Source: an uncultured virus (IMG/VR IMGVR_UViG_3300042993_000002)
Taxonomy: Duplodnaviria > Heunggongvirae > Uroviricota > Caudoviricetes
Direction: 5' to 3' (one strand)
Length of the DNA: 64,000 nt
Virus record (IMG/VR): IMGVR_UViG_3300042993_000002
Within the stretch, counting starts at the first letter, position 1. Each line of letters opens with the position of its first letter. Of the stretch, positions 1 to 9,001 are shown piece after piece. The translations under genes were made by a program, and so were the position numbers. A model generated the notes under the pieces. It searched no databases, was not told the DNA's origin, and worked only from the letters and a program-made list of their open reading frames with translations.

Positions 1-374
1 CCGTTCGTCGGGTTGCCAACAAAGTGCTTGCATTGAATAATCAGGGTGGTAATCTGGCTTCACTTTAAAACCTTTGATCAGTCGTCAAGGGGATCACTTG
101 CCCCAGCGCCAACTGAGCGAGGCTTGGTTGTGCCTGTGTGGTTTGTCAACTGAAAAATGAGATTTCTCAGAAAATAGGTAGCTTGCTAACTATAATCGAT
201 AGGGTGCTATTCAAATAGATAGCTAGCTAATCAACGATTATAGTGTGGCACGCCACTTCCCCAAGGGAACCGGGTATTCTCCCTGTACAGGAGTCCCTGT
301 AAAAAACTGTCCAGTTCCCAGATTTCTGTAAATTTCTGTCCAGTCCTCACTCCCTGTGAAAATCGGCCCGGACC

Positions 375-593
375 TCAGTCAAACATCCCACCTATCATAT
401 CGCCAACACCACCGATCACATCCATCGCCAGATCAACAGCGAAGTAGGCTGTAGCAGCGTCCACAGCCGTCTCTAAGACATCTTCGATGAAGGTTGATGT
501 GCTGCTATGTCCGAAGTGTTTAGGGCAGCTAGCGCCCTTGTAGTGTGTTACAAAGACATGTCCGCAATGGTTACACTTCATTCTGTAGTTCAT
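375..593 (-). CDS. small hypothetical protein with N-terminal CxxC...CxxH Zn-binding-like motif
   Basis: ORF; AAAGGAGAG RBS before ATG 593; CNHC...CPKH. Confidence 0.7.
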   Translation of the reverse strand: MNYRMKCNHCGHVFVTHYKGASCPKHFGHSSTSTFIEDVLETAVDAATAYFAVDLAMDVIGGVGDMIGGMFD

Positions 594-741
594 GTATCTC
601 TCCTTTGATTGGTTAGTGCGATGATTGTAGCTCACTCTTGTGAAGCGTGTCCAGCTTTTCTTCAAAGCATTTTAGGATTATAGGGTGCCTGCCAAATCTT
701 CCAGCGAAATCTTGGGGGTGGCATAAATAATCCATACAAAT

Positions 742-775
742 AAGCCCCACCCCTAAAAGTAAGGGGTGGGGCTTA
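742..775 (-). terminator. intrinsic terminator hairpin
   Basis: AAGCCCCACCCC...GGGGTGGGGCTT inverted repeat just downstream of the channel gene. Confidence 0.65.
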
Positions 776-780
776 ATCTT

Positions 781-1134
781 TCACGTCTTGCTGTGGATGT
801 ACCGAAGTAACGCCATCATTTCAACCTGCTCTTCATCAGTGAATGCGTTGCGATCTTCAGTGACAATAGACAACATGTTGGTGACGACCAGCGGTGCAAT
901 GCCAAACACCCAGAAGTGAGCGAAGCATGTAGCCAAGATACGACCACCCTGTGTTATCGGTGCGATGTCTCCATACCCTATCGTGAGTGATGTCACACAT
1001 GCCCAGTAGAAGCTCTCAGAGAGCGTCCTCGCCTCGATGTAGCTGAAGGCTAACGAGCATATCAGTAAGGAGAGAACGTACAACGTAGCCACTCTCCAGA
1101 TGCTACACGAGAACCACAGGATGTATCGTTTCAT
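781..1134 (-). CDS. two-TM potassium channel (KcsA/Kcv-like pore module)
   Basis: TM helix, pore helix FYWACVTSLT, TIGYGD selectivity filter, second TM; start inferred just after the upstream stop. Confidence 0.9.
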   Translation of the reverse strand: MKRYILWFSCSIWRVATLYVLSLLICSLAFSYIEARTLSESFYWACVTSLTIGYGDIAPITQGGRILATCFAHFWVFGIAPLVVTNMLSIVTEDRNAFTDEEQVEMMALLRYIHSKT

Positions 1135-1135
1135 A

Positions 1136-1762
1136 TTAGAGGATACCGTCCTTTGCAACTTCAACGATCTTGTTCAGCTTCCACTCAGCTTCCCAGAGTT
1201 TGGCCTTGACGGTTGCCAGCTCAGCCTTCAGTTCTTCCACTGTTGGCTCTGGTTCAGCAGGAACATCACTCACCAGTACCCATTCCCAGTCAGCCCAGTT
1301 ACGTGAAGGGGTATTCCCTTCTGGGTTGATTGGTCCAGTGTGATACTTGTCATTACCTACTGTGTACTCTTCACCGACCTTAAACTTCCAGTGATCGTGG
1401 TAGCCATTACCGTTACTAGTCAATCGTACAACCTGACCAACAACCATATCCTTCATGTCGATGGCTTTCAAGGGTTCTTCGTATTCAACAACACCACGAG
1501 CAGCCATAAGGCCAATACCACCCTCGACACGAACGGCCAACACTTCACCGTTGTCCTCGAATTCATGCATAGCTTTAGCCACTACTGTACCAACCTGCCC
1601 ATTCTTGAATGGGTTGTTTGGGAGTCGGATGTCCAGATTCATGTAGCGGGCCATATCTCGGTAGCCAGAGTAGCAGTGCCCGCTACCGATGATCTTAACC
1701 TTGGCACCGATTGGGAACTGAGTGCAGGTCGATGGTTTGATTTCGCGGTTTAAATAGCTCAT
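1136..1762 (-). CDS. hypothetical protein (SH3-like repeats, C-terminal coiled coil)
   Basis: 208-aa ORF with promoter and AGGAGAG RBS. Confidence 0.75.
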   Translation of the reverse strand: MSYLNREIKPSTCTQFPIGAKVKIIGSGHCYSGYRDMARYMNLDIRLPNNPFKNGQVGTVVAKAMHEFEDNGEVLAVRVEGGIGLMAARGVVEYEEPLKAIDMKDMVVGQVVRLTSNGNGYHDHWKFKVGEEYTVGNDKYHTGPINPEGNTPSRNWADWEWVLVSDVPAEPEPTVEELKAELATVKAKLWEAEWKLNKIVEVAKDGIL

Positions 1763-1792
1763 GTATCTCTCCTTTGTTTGGTTGATGTGCTC

Positions 1793-1821
1793 ATTCTATA
1801 GAGGTTATAGGGTGCCGTCAA
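1793..1821 (-). promoter_or_regulatory. sigma70-type promoter
   Basis: TTGACG-N17-TAGAAT. Confidence 0.75.
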
Positions 1822-1848
1822 TATCTTTTTCACTTTATTTTGAGCAAA

Positions 1849-1872
1849 AGAAAAGCCCGCGTGTGCGGGCTT
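1849..1872 (-). terminator. intrinsic terminator
   Basis: AGCCCGC-hairpin-GCGGGCT followed by T-run on minus strand. Confidence 0.7.
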
Positions 1873-1878
1873 AGTTTC

Positions 1879-2061
1879 CTACTCAGTAGGCGTTCGCTTA
1901 TCAGTGATCATTCTTTCAAGGAACTCAATGTGTTCCTCAAGCCAATGGATACGGCGAGGGACGGAACATGTACGGCGATCCCTTACGAAGATCGCTAATT
2001 CCAGTTCCAACTCCCTGACGGTACGCTTTTCATAGACTGCGATCTTATTTTCATCAGACAT
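1879..2061 (-). CDS. hypothetical protein
   Basis: 60-aa ORF, AGGAG RBS, upstream promoter. Confidence 0.65.
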   Translation of the reverse strand: MSDENKIAVYEKRTVRELELELAIFVRDRRTCSVPRRIHWLEEHIEFLERMITDKRTPTE

Positions 2062-2103
2062 TTCCGTGTCTCCTGTGTGGGTAGTTATCCTGTCCCTGTC
2101 TAC

Positions 2104-2132
2104 ATTCTACCGTAGTATTAGTAACGTGTCAA
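2104..2132 (-). promoter_or_regulatory. sigma70-type promoter
   Basis: TTGACA-N17-TAGAAT. Confidence 0.75.
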
Positions 2133-2318
2133 GGTGATTCTAGAGGGCTCCGTAAGAAAAGCTTTCACTTCTTCTAAGGAAGGGAACTCCCAACGGATGG
2201 CTCTATCACAGGCTCTCGGGATGTATGCCCAGAGTCTTCCAGTGCGTTCGATTGTGCCTAGTGGGCGACGATTGAAGCGTACAAGGATGTCGTTGTCACG
2301 TTGAGAGTAGTTCAGCAT
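2118..2318 (-). CDS. hypothetical protein
   Basis: ORF, AGGAG RBS before ATG 2318. Confidence 0.65.
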   Translation of the reverse strand: MLNYSQRDNDILVRFNRRPLGTIERTGRLWAYIPRACDRAIRWEFPSLEEVKAFLTEPSRITLTRY

Positions 2319-2329
2319 GTTATTGCTCC

Positions 2330-2923
2330 TTAGATTACACGAGTGAAGTTCACTAGGTTGAAGCGGCTCAGCCACATGCCATCACCGTCATCATCACCAA
2401 TCTTAATTGGGGAACCCGCATCAAGCAAGTCCAGCTCTTCTACAGTGTACACTTCACCCACAGTTAGATAAGAACTGACACCGGTTTTGGTTAGGGTATA
2501 TTTGAAACCCAGTTGCACTGCTTTGGATTCAAAATCATCCTTCAAAGTGGTTGGCACCAAAGGCTCCACAATTGCATCAGACCGTTTCAGTCCATAACTA
2601 GCCAGCAGTGCATCTAGTGCTTCGGTTTGCTGCTCTACAAGCAGCACAGCAGCATCACGTGCAATGATGGAAGCCTTCAACTCTTGCATGCGATCAAGGA
2701 TATCCTTACCCGCAGCTTCGTTCTGGTTTGGTGCAGCTTTGATCAGGAACAAGCTTTCATAGTTAGTCCAGTTGTAGTTACCATCTGGATATTCAACACG
2801 TACAGGGAGCAGGGTAGAGCGGTCATCAATACGAGTGACAACAGCTTTCATGCCAACACGGGTGTCTGTGATGTTGTAAGCGAATGGCAGAATGATTACT
2901 TGATCGTTAACCTTGAAAGACAT
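2330..2923 (-). CDS. hypothetical protein
   Basis: 197-aa ORF, AGGAG RBS, tightly packed. Confidence 0.75.
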   Translation of the reverse strand: MSFKVNDQVIILPFAYNITDTRVGMKAVVTRIDDRSTLLPVRVEYPDGNYNWTNYESLFLIKAAPNQNEAAGKDILDRMQELKASIIARDAAVLLVEQQTEALDALLASYGLKRSDAIVEPLVPTTLKDDFESKAVQLGFKYTLTKTGVSSYLTVGEVYTVEELDLLDAGSPIKIGDDDGDGMWLSRFNLVNFTRVI

Positions 2924-2933
2924 CGGGTTCTCC

Positions 2934-3401
2934 TTATTTAATGAAGTTGTATTTGGTTTTGTACTCAGTGACTACGTGCTTGGTGTAGTCTTCTGCGAAG
3001 GTGTTGATTGTAGCAGCCATCATGCCCGGTGTAAAGTTGCGACACTGCTTATCGATCTTCGTACCTACAATCCCGTTCAGTTCAGTCTTGTAGCTTACCA
3101 CAGATGCGAGGCACACTGTCAAGTTCCCTTGAAGGATGTCTGTGTCTTTCACACCAGCTTGAGCCAGTAGGTCAGCCACTTCTTTGGCTTCAGTGCCAAG
3201 TGGAACAGTCAGATTGGCACCAGAGCCAACGTTGATGTTGGTTTGTGGTAGCTCAGCCAACACCTTACCCATCTTGACAATCATACCACCAGATGTGGTG
3301 ATTGTGTTTTCAGAACTCTTTTCAATACTTACATGGTTAAGGCCAAGTCCGAACATACCGGTGATCAGTAGACCCCCGATCACAGCAATCAGCGTTTTCA
3401 T
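2934..3401 (-). CDS. hypothetical membrane-anchored/secreted protein
   Basis: N-terminal hydrophobic segment, overlaps upstream stop. Confidence 0.7.
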   Translation of the reverse strand: MKTLIAVIGGLLITGMFGLGLNHVSIEKSSENTITTSGGMIVKMGKVLAELPQTNINVGSGANLTVPLGTEAKEVADLLAQAGVKDTDILQGNLTVCLASVVSYKTELNGIVGTKIDKQCRNFTPGMMAATINTFAEDYTKHVVTEYKTKYNFIK

Positions 3402-3598
3402 ATTACTTCCTCCACTAGATCATTCAGTTCCGTTTCAATCCCCTTGAAATCATCTTGAGAGATAGTCATATCAGCGTACCATGCACCAGCGGCTCCACGA
3501 GCCATGATGATGAAATACGTCTGGGTTTCTTTGTTGTTGCTCTTCCCCACTTGATCGATGTACCAACGAATGTGAGCCAGTTTCTGATCAGTTGTCAA
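3398..3598 (-). CDS. hypothetical protein
   Basis: 66-aa ORF coupled to neighbours. Confidence 0.6.
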   Translation of the reverse strand: MTTDQKLAHIRWYIDQVGKSNNKETQTYFIIMARGAAGAWYADMTISQDDFKGIETELNDLVEEVI

Positions 3599-3816
3599 AG
3601 TGTAGTCCCTCCCAATGTCTTCCAGAGACGATGGCTAGGACCAATACCCTGCTGAAGAAGGGCTTTGTTAATGTTTCCTTGAATGATGTCATCAGCTTCT
3701 ACATCACCAATCTTGGCACGTACAGCATCTTGACAATCCCAGTGGCACTTTAACAAACCGTTGAACGCTTGTCCATCGATCATGGGCTTATTGCAGCCGG
3801 GGCAATCACGACTCAT
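3595..3816 (-). CDS. hypothetical protein, Cys/His Zn-finger-like
   Basis: CPGC...CHWDC; overlapping start/stop. Confidence 0.65.
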   Translation of the reverse strand: MSRDCPGCNKPMIDGQAFNGLLKCHWDCQDAVRAKIGDVEADDIIQGNINKALLQQGIGPSHRLWKTLGGTTL

Positions 3817-4193
3817 TTCTTTGCTCCTTCAATACGTTTAATCGATTTGTCGAAGATAGCTCGCCCTGCTCGCAGCCCTGACAAGCCTGCTCCTTCAAGC
3901 TGAGCTTTGATATTGTTGGCAGCGTTGCAGCAAGCCACAACATTACCGGGTACATAGCCCTTGCTACCATCAATACGATCAATTGTACGATCAGAAGCAC
4001 CACGTCCAGTGTCACCATCTTGCAAGCCAACAGGCTCAGTAAGCACGATGCCTGTGTAATAGCAACGCTTAGCCTTCATTAGATTCTTCATTGACTGAAA
4101 GGTGAGGCTGAACTCAATGCCACGAGTCTTGGCATCTTGTGCCTTTCGGCGGAGTTTGTTAGCAACCTTCAAATCAAATTGGTAATCGGACAC
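3813..4193 (-). CDS. HNH-like endonuclease
   Basis: CYYTG...TIDRID..KGY..GNVVACC..AN..K pattern. Confidence 0.75.
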   Translation of the reverse strand: MSDYQFDLKVANKLRRKAQDAKTRGIEFSLTFQSMKNLMKAKRCYYTGIVLTEPVGLQDGDTGRGASDRTIDRIDGSKGYVPGNVVACCNAANNIKAQLEGAGLSGLRAGRAIFDKSIKRIEGAKK

Positions 4194-4251
4194 TGTGTTT
4201 CTCCTGTTGTTCGTTTCGTTGGGGCTATTCTGAAGCTATTCGGTTACGGTG

Positions 4252-4512
4252 TCAACCGTTATTTTCCATAAAGTCAAACAATTCATTAATCTCTTCACGG
4301 CCAATAGCCAGAATCGCATTCGGTAGTTCGTGACCTGTGTTACGGTTCTTGACAAACCTGCCACCTTCAATGATGTAGTTAGCCATACGGCCCAGTTTGG
4401 AGCCATGGATACCGTCCTCAAGACTACGTTGCAGTTGCTCAACGTTAGAGAAGTAGTAGGTGGCACCGTTGATTTCCAGCTTCACTTCCATCATATCTCT
4501 GTGCATGAACAT
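4252..4512 (-). CDS. hypothetical protein
   Basis: 86-aa ORF coupled to upstream gene. Confidence 0.65.
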   Translation of the reverse strand: MFMHRDMMEVKLEINGATYYFSNVEQLQRSLEDGIHGSKLGRMANYIIEGGRFVKNRNTGHELPNAILAIGREEINELFDFMENNG

Positions 4513-5435
4513 TAGTAGTTACCCTCGTATGGTTTCAGTAAGTGCTTGTTTGCGTTGAAGCGTTTGAGGTAGCCATCTTCGCCTTCTTTCTCATAGATGT
4601 CAAGCACTTTATCGTAATTTTCCCAAGCATACTCACGAAACCAACCGCTAGTGATTGATGTACACACCTTCATCAGTGCATATTCAAAGCTCTTACGTGG
4701 AGAAGCATCAGGGAATGGAATCTGAGAACGCTCCAGTGCAAGCACGCAGCTCTCTTCATACACACCGCGAAGACGAATCACTTCGTCAACAGCAAAGAAC
4801 TTCTCTTTCGAAGTCATCACAGCCGCACCATCCTTCATATAGAATGTGTAGGCAGGCTTAGGGATATAGTCATATCCCATTGGATGGTGCCACCAAGTCA
4901 GAGCTTGGGTAAGGTGCAAACTATCATGATCGTAGATGTACGGAACACCGTCGCCATCGAAGAACGCAGCCTTACTCACGTCCAGCTTAGGGTGAGCGTA
5001 GGTGTATGTCTCGGCTTCACGTTTAGGCAGCCACTCTTCCAGCTCAGTACCCAGTGTCACACGTTTAGAACGCAGGAACTGAATGTCTCGCATAGTCTTC
5101 AGGAAGTGAGGACTGTTCCTTTTATAACGATGGCTCAGCTTCAATGCCAACAGCACATGTGTTGGGGCAAAGTCTTGGCCTAAATCGAAGTAGTCCAGAA
5201 GCTCCTGAGCACAGTTACCAGCCTTCGCAATCTCCCACTCGAAGTTCCACCCGTCCTTAGTACGAACGTGTATCTTATCAGCACTCAGAGGCTTACAGAG
5301 GATGATTTCACCCTTCTCAAAGCCCTTAGTCCACTCACGGAACTCATCCAATGTTCCGATGATGTCAGTGTCCTTCGGGACAATCCCAGCCTCTGGGAAG
5401 TGGTGGGCCATTGCTTGAGAGCCTACGATCAGCAT
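4512..5435 (-). CDS. putative nucleotidyltransferase-like protein (Pol-beta superfamily motif)
   Basis: N-terminal IVGS...KDTDII (GS...DxD). Confidence 0.55.
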   Translation of the reverse strand: MLIVGSQAMAHHFPEAGIVPKDTDIIGTLDEFREWTKGFEKGEIILCKPLSADKIHVRTKDGWNFEWEIAKAGNCAQELLDYFDLGQDFAPTHVLLALKLSHRYKRNSPHFLKTMRDIQFLRSKRVTLGTELEEWLPKREAETYTYAHPKLDVSKAAFFDGDGVPYIYDHDSLHLTQALTWWHHPMGYDYIPKPAYTFYMKDGAAVMTSKEKFFAVDEVIRLRGVYEESCVLALERSQIPFPDASPRKSFEYALMKVCTSITSGWFREYAWENYDKVLDIYEKEGEDGYLKRFNANKHLLKPYEGNY

Positions 5436-5758
5436 TTGGAAGTCTCCTTTACGTTTTCATTGGCGAAGATGATAGCATCATCGTCAAGTGGAGGCAAGGG
5501 CATCAGATACTTTTGTTGTATCGTTGCGTATCCTACTTTATGGTGCGGGCCAGTCCCAATCCCCGTGATAATAGCCATAGCATACTTCAATGGTAGTACA
5601 TTATAGTTATCGTCATACCACTCCTGTACGGACTCACCAATATTACACAAAGCTGCAATCGTCACCATCTTGCCGATGTGCCCAGCGTTCTCTGGCATTG
5701 CTACACCAACTATCATTGCTTGCATACCGATTTGAAGTTCTGGATTGAAGCTTTGCAT
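5429..5758 (-). CDS. hypothetical protein
   Basis: 109-aa ORF, GGAGG RBS. Confidence 0.7.
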   Translation of the reverse strand: MQSFNPELQIGMQAMIVGVAMPENAGHIGKMVTIAALCNIGESVQEWYDDNYNVLPLKYAMAIITGIGTGPHHKVGYATIQQKYLMPLPPLDDDAIIFANENVKETSKC

Positions 5759-5766
5759 AGTTCCTC

Positions 5767-5976
5767 CTAAGTGAATGTTAATGTTGTTTCGATGTCGAGA
5801 TTCTGAAGCATCTTGAACAAACTGTCAAGTGTGAATCTCTCTACTTTCAAATTAAATAGCCTTGACACTCTTGGTTGTGTTGTGTTTGTCAACTCAGCAA
5901 TGTCTGCTTGTGTCAAGCTCACTTGAGCAGCATAGTCTCTTATCTTTACAGCGATTTGTTTCTTTATTTTATCCAT
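5767..5976 (-). CDS. XRE-family helix-turn-helix protein
   Basis: LTQADIAELTNTTQPRVSRL...FTLDSL. Confidence 0.85.
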   Translation of the reverse strand: MDKIKKQIAVKIRDYAAQVSLTQADIAELTNTTQPRVSRLFNLKVERFTLDSLFKMLQNLDIETTLTFT

Positions 5977-5991
5977 TTCCCTCTCCCATAG

Positions 5992-6014
5992 AAAAACCCC
6001 GCCGAAGCGGGGCT
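5992..6014 (-). terminator. intrinsic terminator
   Basis: CCCGC-TTCG-GCGGG hairpin plus T-run. Confidence 0.75.
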
Positions 6015-6036
6015 CTTGGTTAATTCTTATAAGAGC

Positions 6037-6456
6037 TTACAAGTCCCAACCATAGTCGTACTCGGATGCAGATTCTTCCCACTCACAACCACCAGATGGC
6101 TGCCACAGCGAACGTGGAGTGTACTCACGAACGCTACCGTCCCGATCATAGATGAAGTGGATTTCAAGTTCCTCTGCAATCTCAGAGGCATGTTCTTCAA
6201 CAATCTCTACCAGTTGTTCGAGGTTGTAGCCTCCCAGAGTAAGCTCGTCCATCTGAGCCATAGTTTCAAGGATGATGCGAGCGTTGTTCAGACCATCAAG
6301 GTCTTCGCCGTCGAATTCAATGTGCTTGTAGGTGACACGCTGTACTTCTGCATTGTACGGTTTGTAGTTGTAAGCCACTTCAACCTGACGCAGTTCAACG
6401 CCACCAAGTACAACGGTTTCCAGAGTAGTGCGAGTTTCGTTACGATCGTAAGACAT
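6037..6456 (-). CDS. acidic hypothetical protein
   Basis: 139-aa ORF, AGGAG RBS. Confidence 0.7.
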   Translation of the reverse strand: MSYDRNETRTTLETVVLGGVELRQVEVAYNYKPYNAEVQRVTYKHIEFDGEDLDGLNNARIILETMAQMDELTLGGYNLEQLVEIVEEHASEIAEELEIHFIYDRDGSVREYTPRSLWQPSGGCEWEESASEYDYGWDL

Positions 6457-6482
6457 AGTAGTTCTCCTTTATAAATGGTTGA

Positions 6483-6692
6483 TTAGCAGTTGGCAGAGCT
6501 GGACATCCAACTCGGCTCTACATTGTAATCCGCATCGATTGTATCGGCCCACGGGCCATCTTCAGTTGGAATACGCAGTTCCACTTCGATATCATGGTAG
6601 TCAGCTAGAGTACGAATCTCAGCGTACAGTGCTTGAATTGCATTGCAGTTTTCTGCCACACGTTGTACAGCATCAGCTTCATTGTAGATCAT
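6483..6692 (-). CDS. hypothetical protein
   Basis: ORF, AGGAG RBS before ATG 6692. Confidence 0.65.
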   Translation of the reverse strand: MIYNEADAVQRVAENCNAIQALYAEIRTLADYHDIEVELRIPTEDGPWADTIDADYNVEPSWMSSSANC

Positions 6693-6703
6693 TTGATTCT
6701 CCT

Positions 6704-6850
6704 TTACGTTAGTTTGTTTACAGATTGTGCCATCAACAGGCAACCCACGATAACACCAATCCAGTGCAACGGGATGTACTTCGTTGGAGCCAGTAGAATA
6801 CCATTACTGTTCAGCATGGTCAAGATAAATCCAATCAGAAAGACGATCAT
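6704..6850 (-). CDS. small membrane protein (48 aa, not in ORF track)
   Basis: MIVFLIGFILTMLNSNGILLAPTKYIPLHWIGVIVGCLLMAQSVNKLT; TAATG coupling. Confidence 0.55.
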   Translation of the reverse strand: MIVFLIGFILTMLNSNGILLAPTKYIPLHWIGVIVGCLLMAQSVNKLT

Positions 6851-6981
6851 TACAATCCCTGACTCGCTACTTGAGCAGTGATTACCAATGCAGCGAATGC
6901 ATTGATAGGCCAGATGCGGTTGGTGCTAGAGCAGGCACAAGCCATGTTCAACACCCACAAGATACATTGTACTACCAACAT
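6850..6981 (-). CDS. small membrane protein (43 aa)
   Basis: AGGAG RBS then MLVVQCILWVLNMACACSSTNRIWPINAFAALVITAQVASQGL. Confidence 0.55.
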   Translation of the reverse strand: MLVVQCILWVLNMACACSSTNRIWPINAFAALVITAQVASQGL

Positions 6982-6991
6982 TGTCAATCTC

Positions 6992-7291
6992 CTATTTGAA
7001 AGTGAAGTAAGCGTCGAAAAACTCATTGTAAGCTGGCTTCTCGTAAGTAACAGTCCAACCAGCAGCCCGGTAGTGGTCTTCAACATCGAGCCAACGGTTC
7101 TCGTAAACCTTGCCCCGAGTTTCACCACTTGCAGCCACAATCTTTGCCATTACAGCATCTTGTTTTACAGTGGTGGTTCCTTTGAGCTTGGCTTCGAAGA
7201 TGCATTCGTTGAATGCTTGGATCACGAAGTCTGGGAATTCACGTTTAGCAAACGCGGCTTGCACTTCTTCTCTGGTAATCGGCTTTAACAT
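6992..7291 (-). CDS. hypothetical phage protein
   Basis: 99-aa ORF coupled to upstream gene. Confidence 0.7.
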   Translation of the reverse strand: MLKPITREEVQAAFAKREFPDFVIQAFNECIFEAKLKGTTTVKQDAVMAKIVAASGETRGKVYENRWLDVEDHYRAAGWTVTYEKPAYNEFFDAYFTFK

Positions 7292-7683
7292 TACACCCTC
7301 CCACGGTAATTACGAGCACGCTCATCAGCGGCATTCTTTTTGTCAATTGCTTCTTGAGCGAGCTGACGACCTTTGTGGGCAACTTCCCTCTTACTGTTTT
7401 CCCACATTGCTTCGTACTGATTCCGCATATCTTGAACTTCTTTCAACAACTTGTCAAGCTTTGCGATGCGCTTTTCGAAACTCTTTTGATCATGGCAATC
7501 AAAATCAAGCTGGACGTATTTCGAGCAGTCATTGATCTTGATGTGTCCGTGCATCCACGCAGTGCCTTGTTCTACATACCGCTCACTGATATCCTTCAGC
7601 AGTGGTGTTTCGATCTGGCAGACTACGCTACCAGTTTCATCAGCACATGGTGAGAGGAATTCTTTACGTACATAACGAGCCAT
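7291..7683 (-). CDS. hypothetical protein with coiled coil
   Basis: 130-aa ORF, RBS. Confidence 0.7.
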   Translation of the reverse strand: MARYVRKEFLSPCADETGSVVCQIETPLLKDISERYVEQGTAWMHGHIKINDCSKYVQLDFDCHDQKSFEKRIAKLDKLLKEVQDMRNQYEAMWENSKREVAHKGRQLAQEAIDKKNAADERARNYRGRV

Positions 7684-7687
7684 TCTT

Positions 7688-7900
7688 TTACTCCTTTACC
7701 AAGTAGAAATCTTCCCAGATGCAAAACTTCATGATATCTGATCCGTAGGTAAAATTATCCGTGAAAACGAATACCGTGTCAATCCCTGTGGTGAATTTCT
7801 TCTCTTTCCACTCACCTTCGCACTGACGCATCATGCAACCAGCAGTCACGTTATCAACCTTTCCGACCATAATGCCGGTGTTAGTTCTAAGGTAGTACAT
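7688..7900 (-). CDS. hypothetical protein
   Basis: 70-aa ORF in operon. Confidence 0.55.
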   Translation of the reverse strand: MYYLRTNTGIMVGKVDNVTAGCMMRQCEGEWKEKKFTTGIDTVFVFTDNFTYGSDIMKFCIWEDFYLVKE

Positions 7901-7948
7901 ATGAAAAAGCCTCCAAGGCTGCTAAGCGATGGAGGCCATTCTACAGGT

Positions 7949-8962
7949 TTACAGCTTTGTGTCAACCACTAAATGCAAATATCTTGTGTAATCCACGTCA
8001 CCCGGCAAGCCAGTGTGAGAGTAGTCAGTCACTTTCTTCTCAAAGAAGTTGTCGTGACGGGCACCAGACAGCATCCAATCCATCCATTCCAAAGGGTTTG
8101 GACGTACATAACCTTTCAGGCCAAGCTCGTTCAGACGTAGGTCTTCAAGGAATTCCATGTATTCATAGCCATCCTCTTTGGTCAGGTCTTCAGGCTCGCC
8201 GTGTGTATAGATCAGGTCCAACAGGTGCAGCTCAGCTTCTTTGTACTTGCGAGCTGTGGCACGCAGGATACGATCCAGACGTTCGTTCTCTACTTCTGTC
8301 AGGTCTTGACGTGCTACAGCCAAGATGCGGATGTTGTTCTGGACGTGTTCCTGTTCGTCGGTCAACGACCATTGGTTAACATCGTTGAAGCCCATGATGA
8401 TGCCTTGACGCTTATAGTTCAGCAACACCATGAATGCAGCGAACAGACCTTGACCTTCACCCAACAGAATCTGACCCAAGCCTACACAGAACTTGAACTC
8501 ATCGCGGTCTTGAGGCTCGTACAGAGTCTCTTCCATTGCATCGATCTTGTCCCGCATTTCCTTGTAATCATGGAACGCTGTCCACTCACTATCAGAGAAA
8601 CCAAAGGCTTCAGCAGCAAGAGCATAAGCCCGTTGGTGCATCACTTCTTTAGCCATCTGTTCGATCAGGACGTTACGAATCTCGTTGTTCTTTACAAACG
8701 GGAGAATCTTGCTGTATCCGGTTGCAACAGTACGATCCAACTCAGTGAACATACACAGCAATGTCTTGATGATGTACTTGTTGACATCATGCGAAACAGT
8801 CTTGGTTTTCAGGCCATCAGCACTGTGGTATTGTGCAACGTCGTCGACCATTTGAATCTGCCCAGTGTGCCAGTACAACTCTTGGCTCTGACGCTTGGAG
8901 GCTTCAGCAGCCCACGGGTATGTAAAAGGACGATATGCCTTACTCTCTACAAAAATACTCAT
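7949..8962 (-). CDS. nrdB: class I ribonucleotide reductase beta subunit
   Basis: YRPFTYPW start, ExxH motifs (EVMHQRAY, DEQEH), NFFE C-terminus. Confidence 0.93.
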   Translation of the reverse strand: MSIFVESKAYRPFTYPWAAEASKRQSQELYWHTGQIQMVDDVAQYHSADGLKTKTVSHDVNKYIIKTLLCMFTELDRTVATGYSKILPFVKNNEIRNVLIEQMAKEVMHQRAYALAAEAFGFSDSEWTAFHDYKEMRDKIDAMEETLYEPQDRDEFKFCVGLGQILLGEGQGLFAAFMVLLNYKRQGIIMGFNDVNQWSLTDEQEHVQNNIRILAVARQDLTEVENERLDRILRATARKYKEAELHLLDLIYTHGEPEDLTKEDGYEYMEFLEDLRLNELGLKGYVRPNPLEWMDWMLSGARHDNFFEKKVTDYSHTGLPGDVDYTRYLHLVVDTKL

Positions 8963-9001
8963 TATGTCTCCTTAAAAACTGGGGCCGAAGCCCCATATTA
9001 A

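Noticed and set aside
5767..5976. Lysogeny repressor
   Set aside because: No integrase or divergent immunity switch is seen; the gene set is that of a virulent myovirus.
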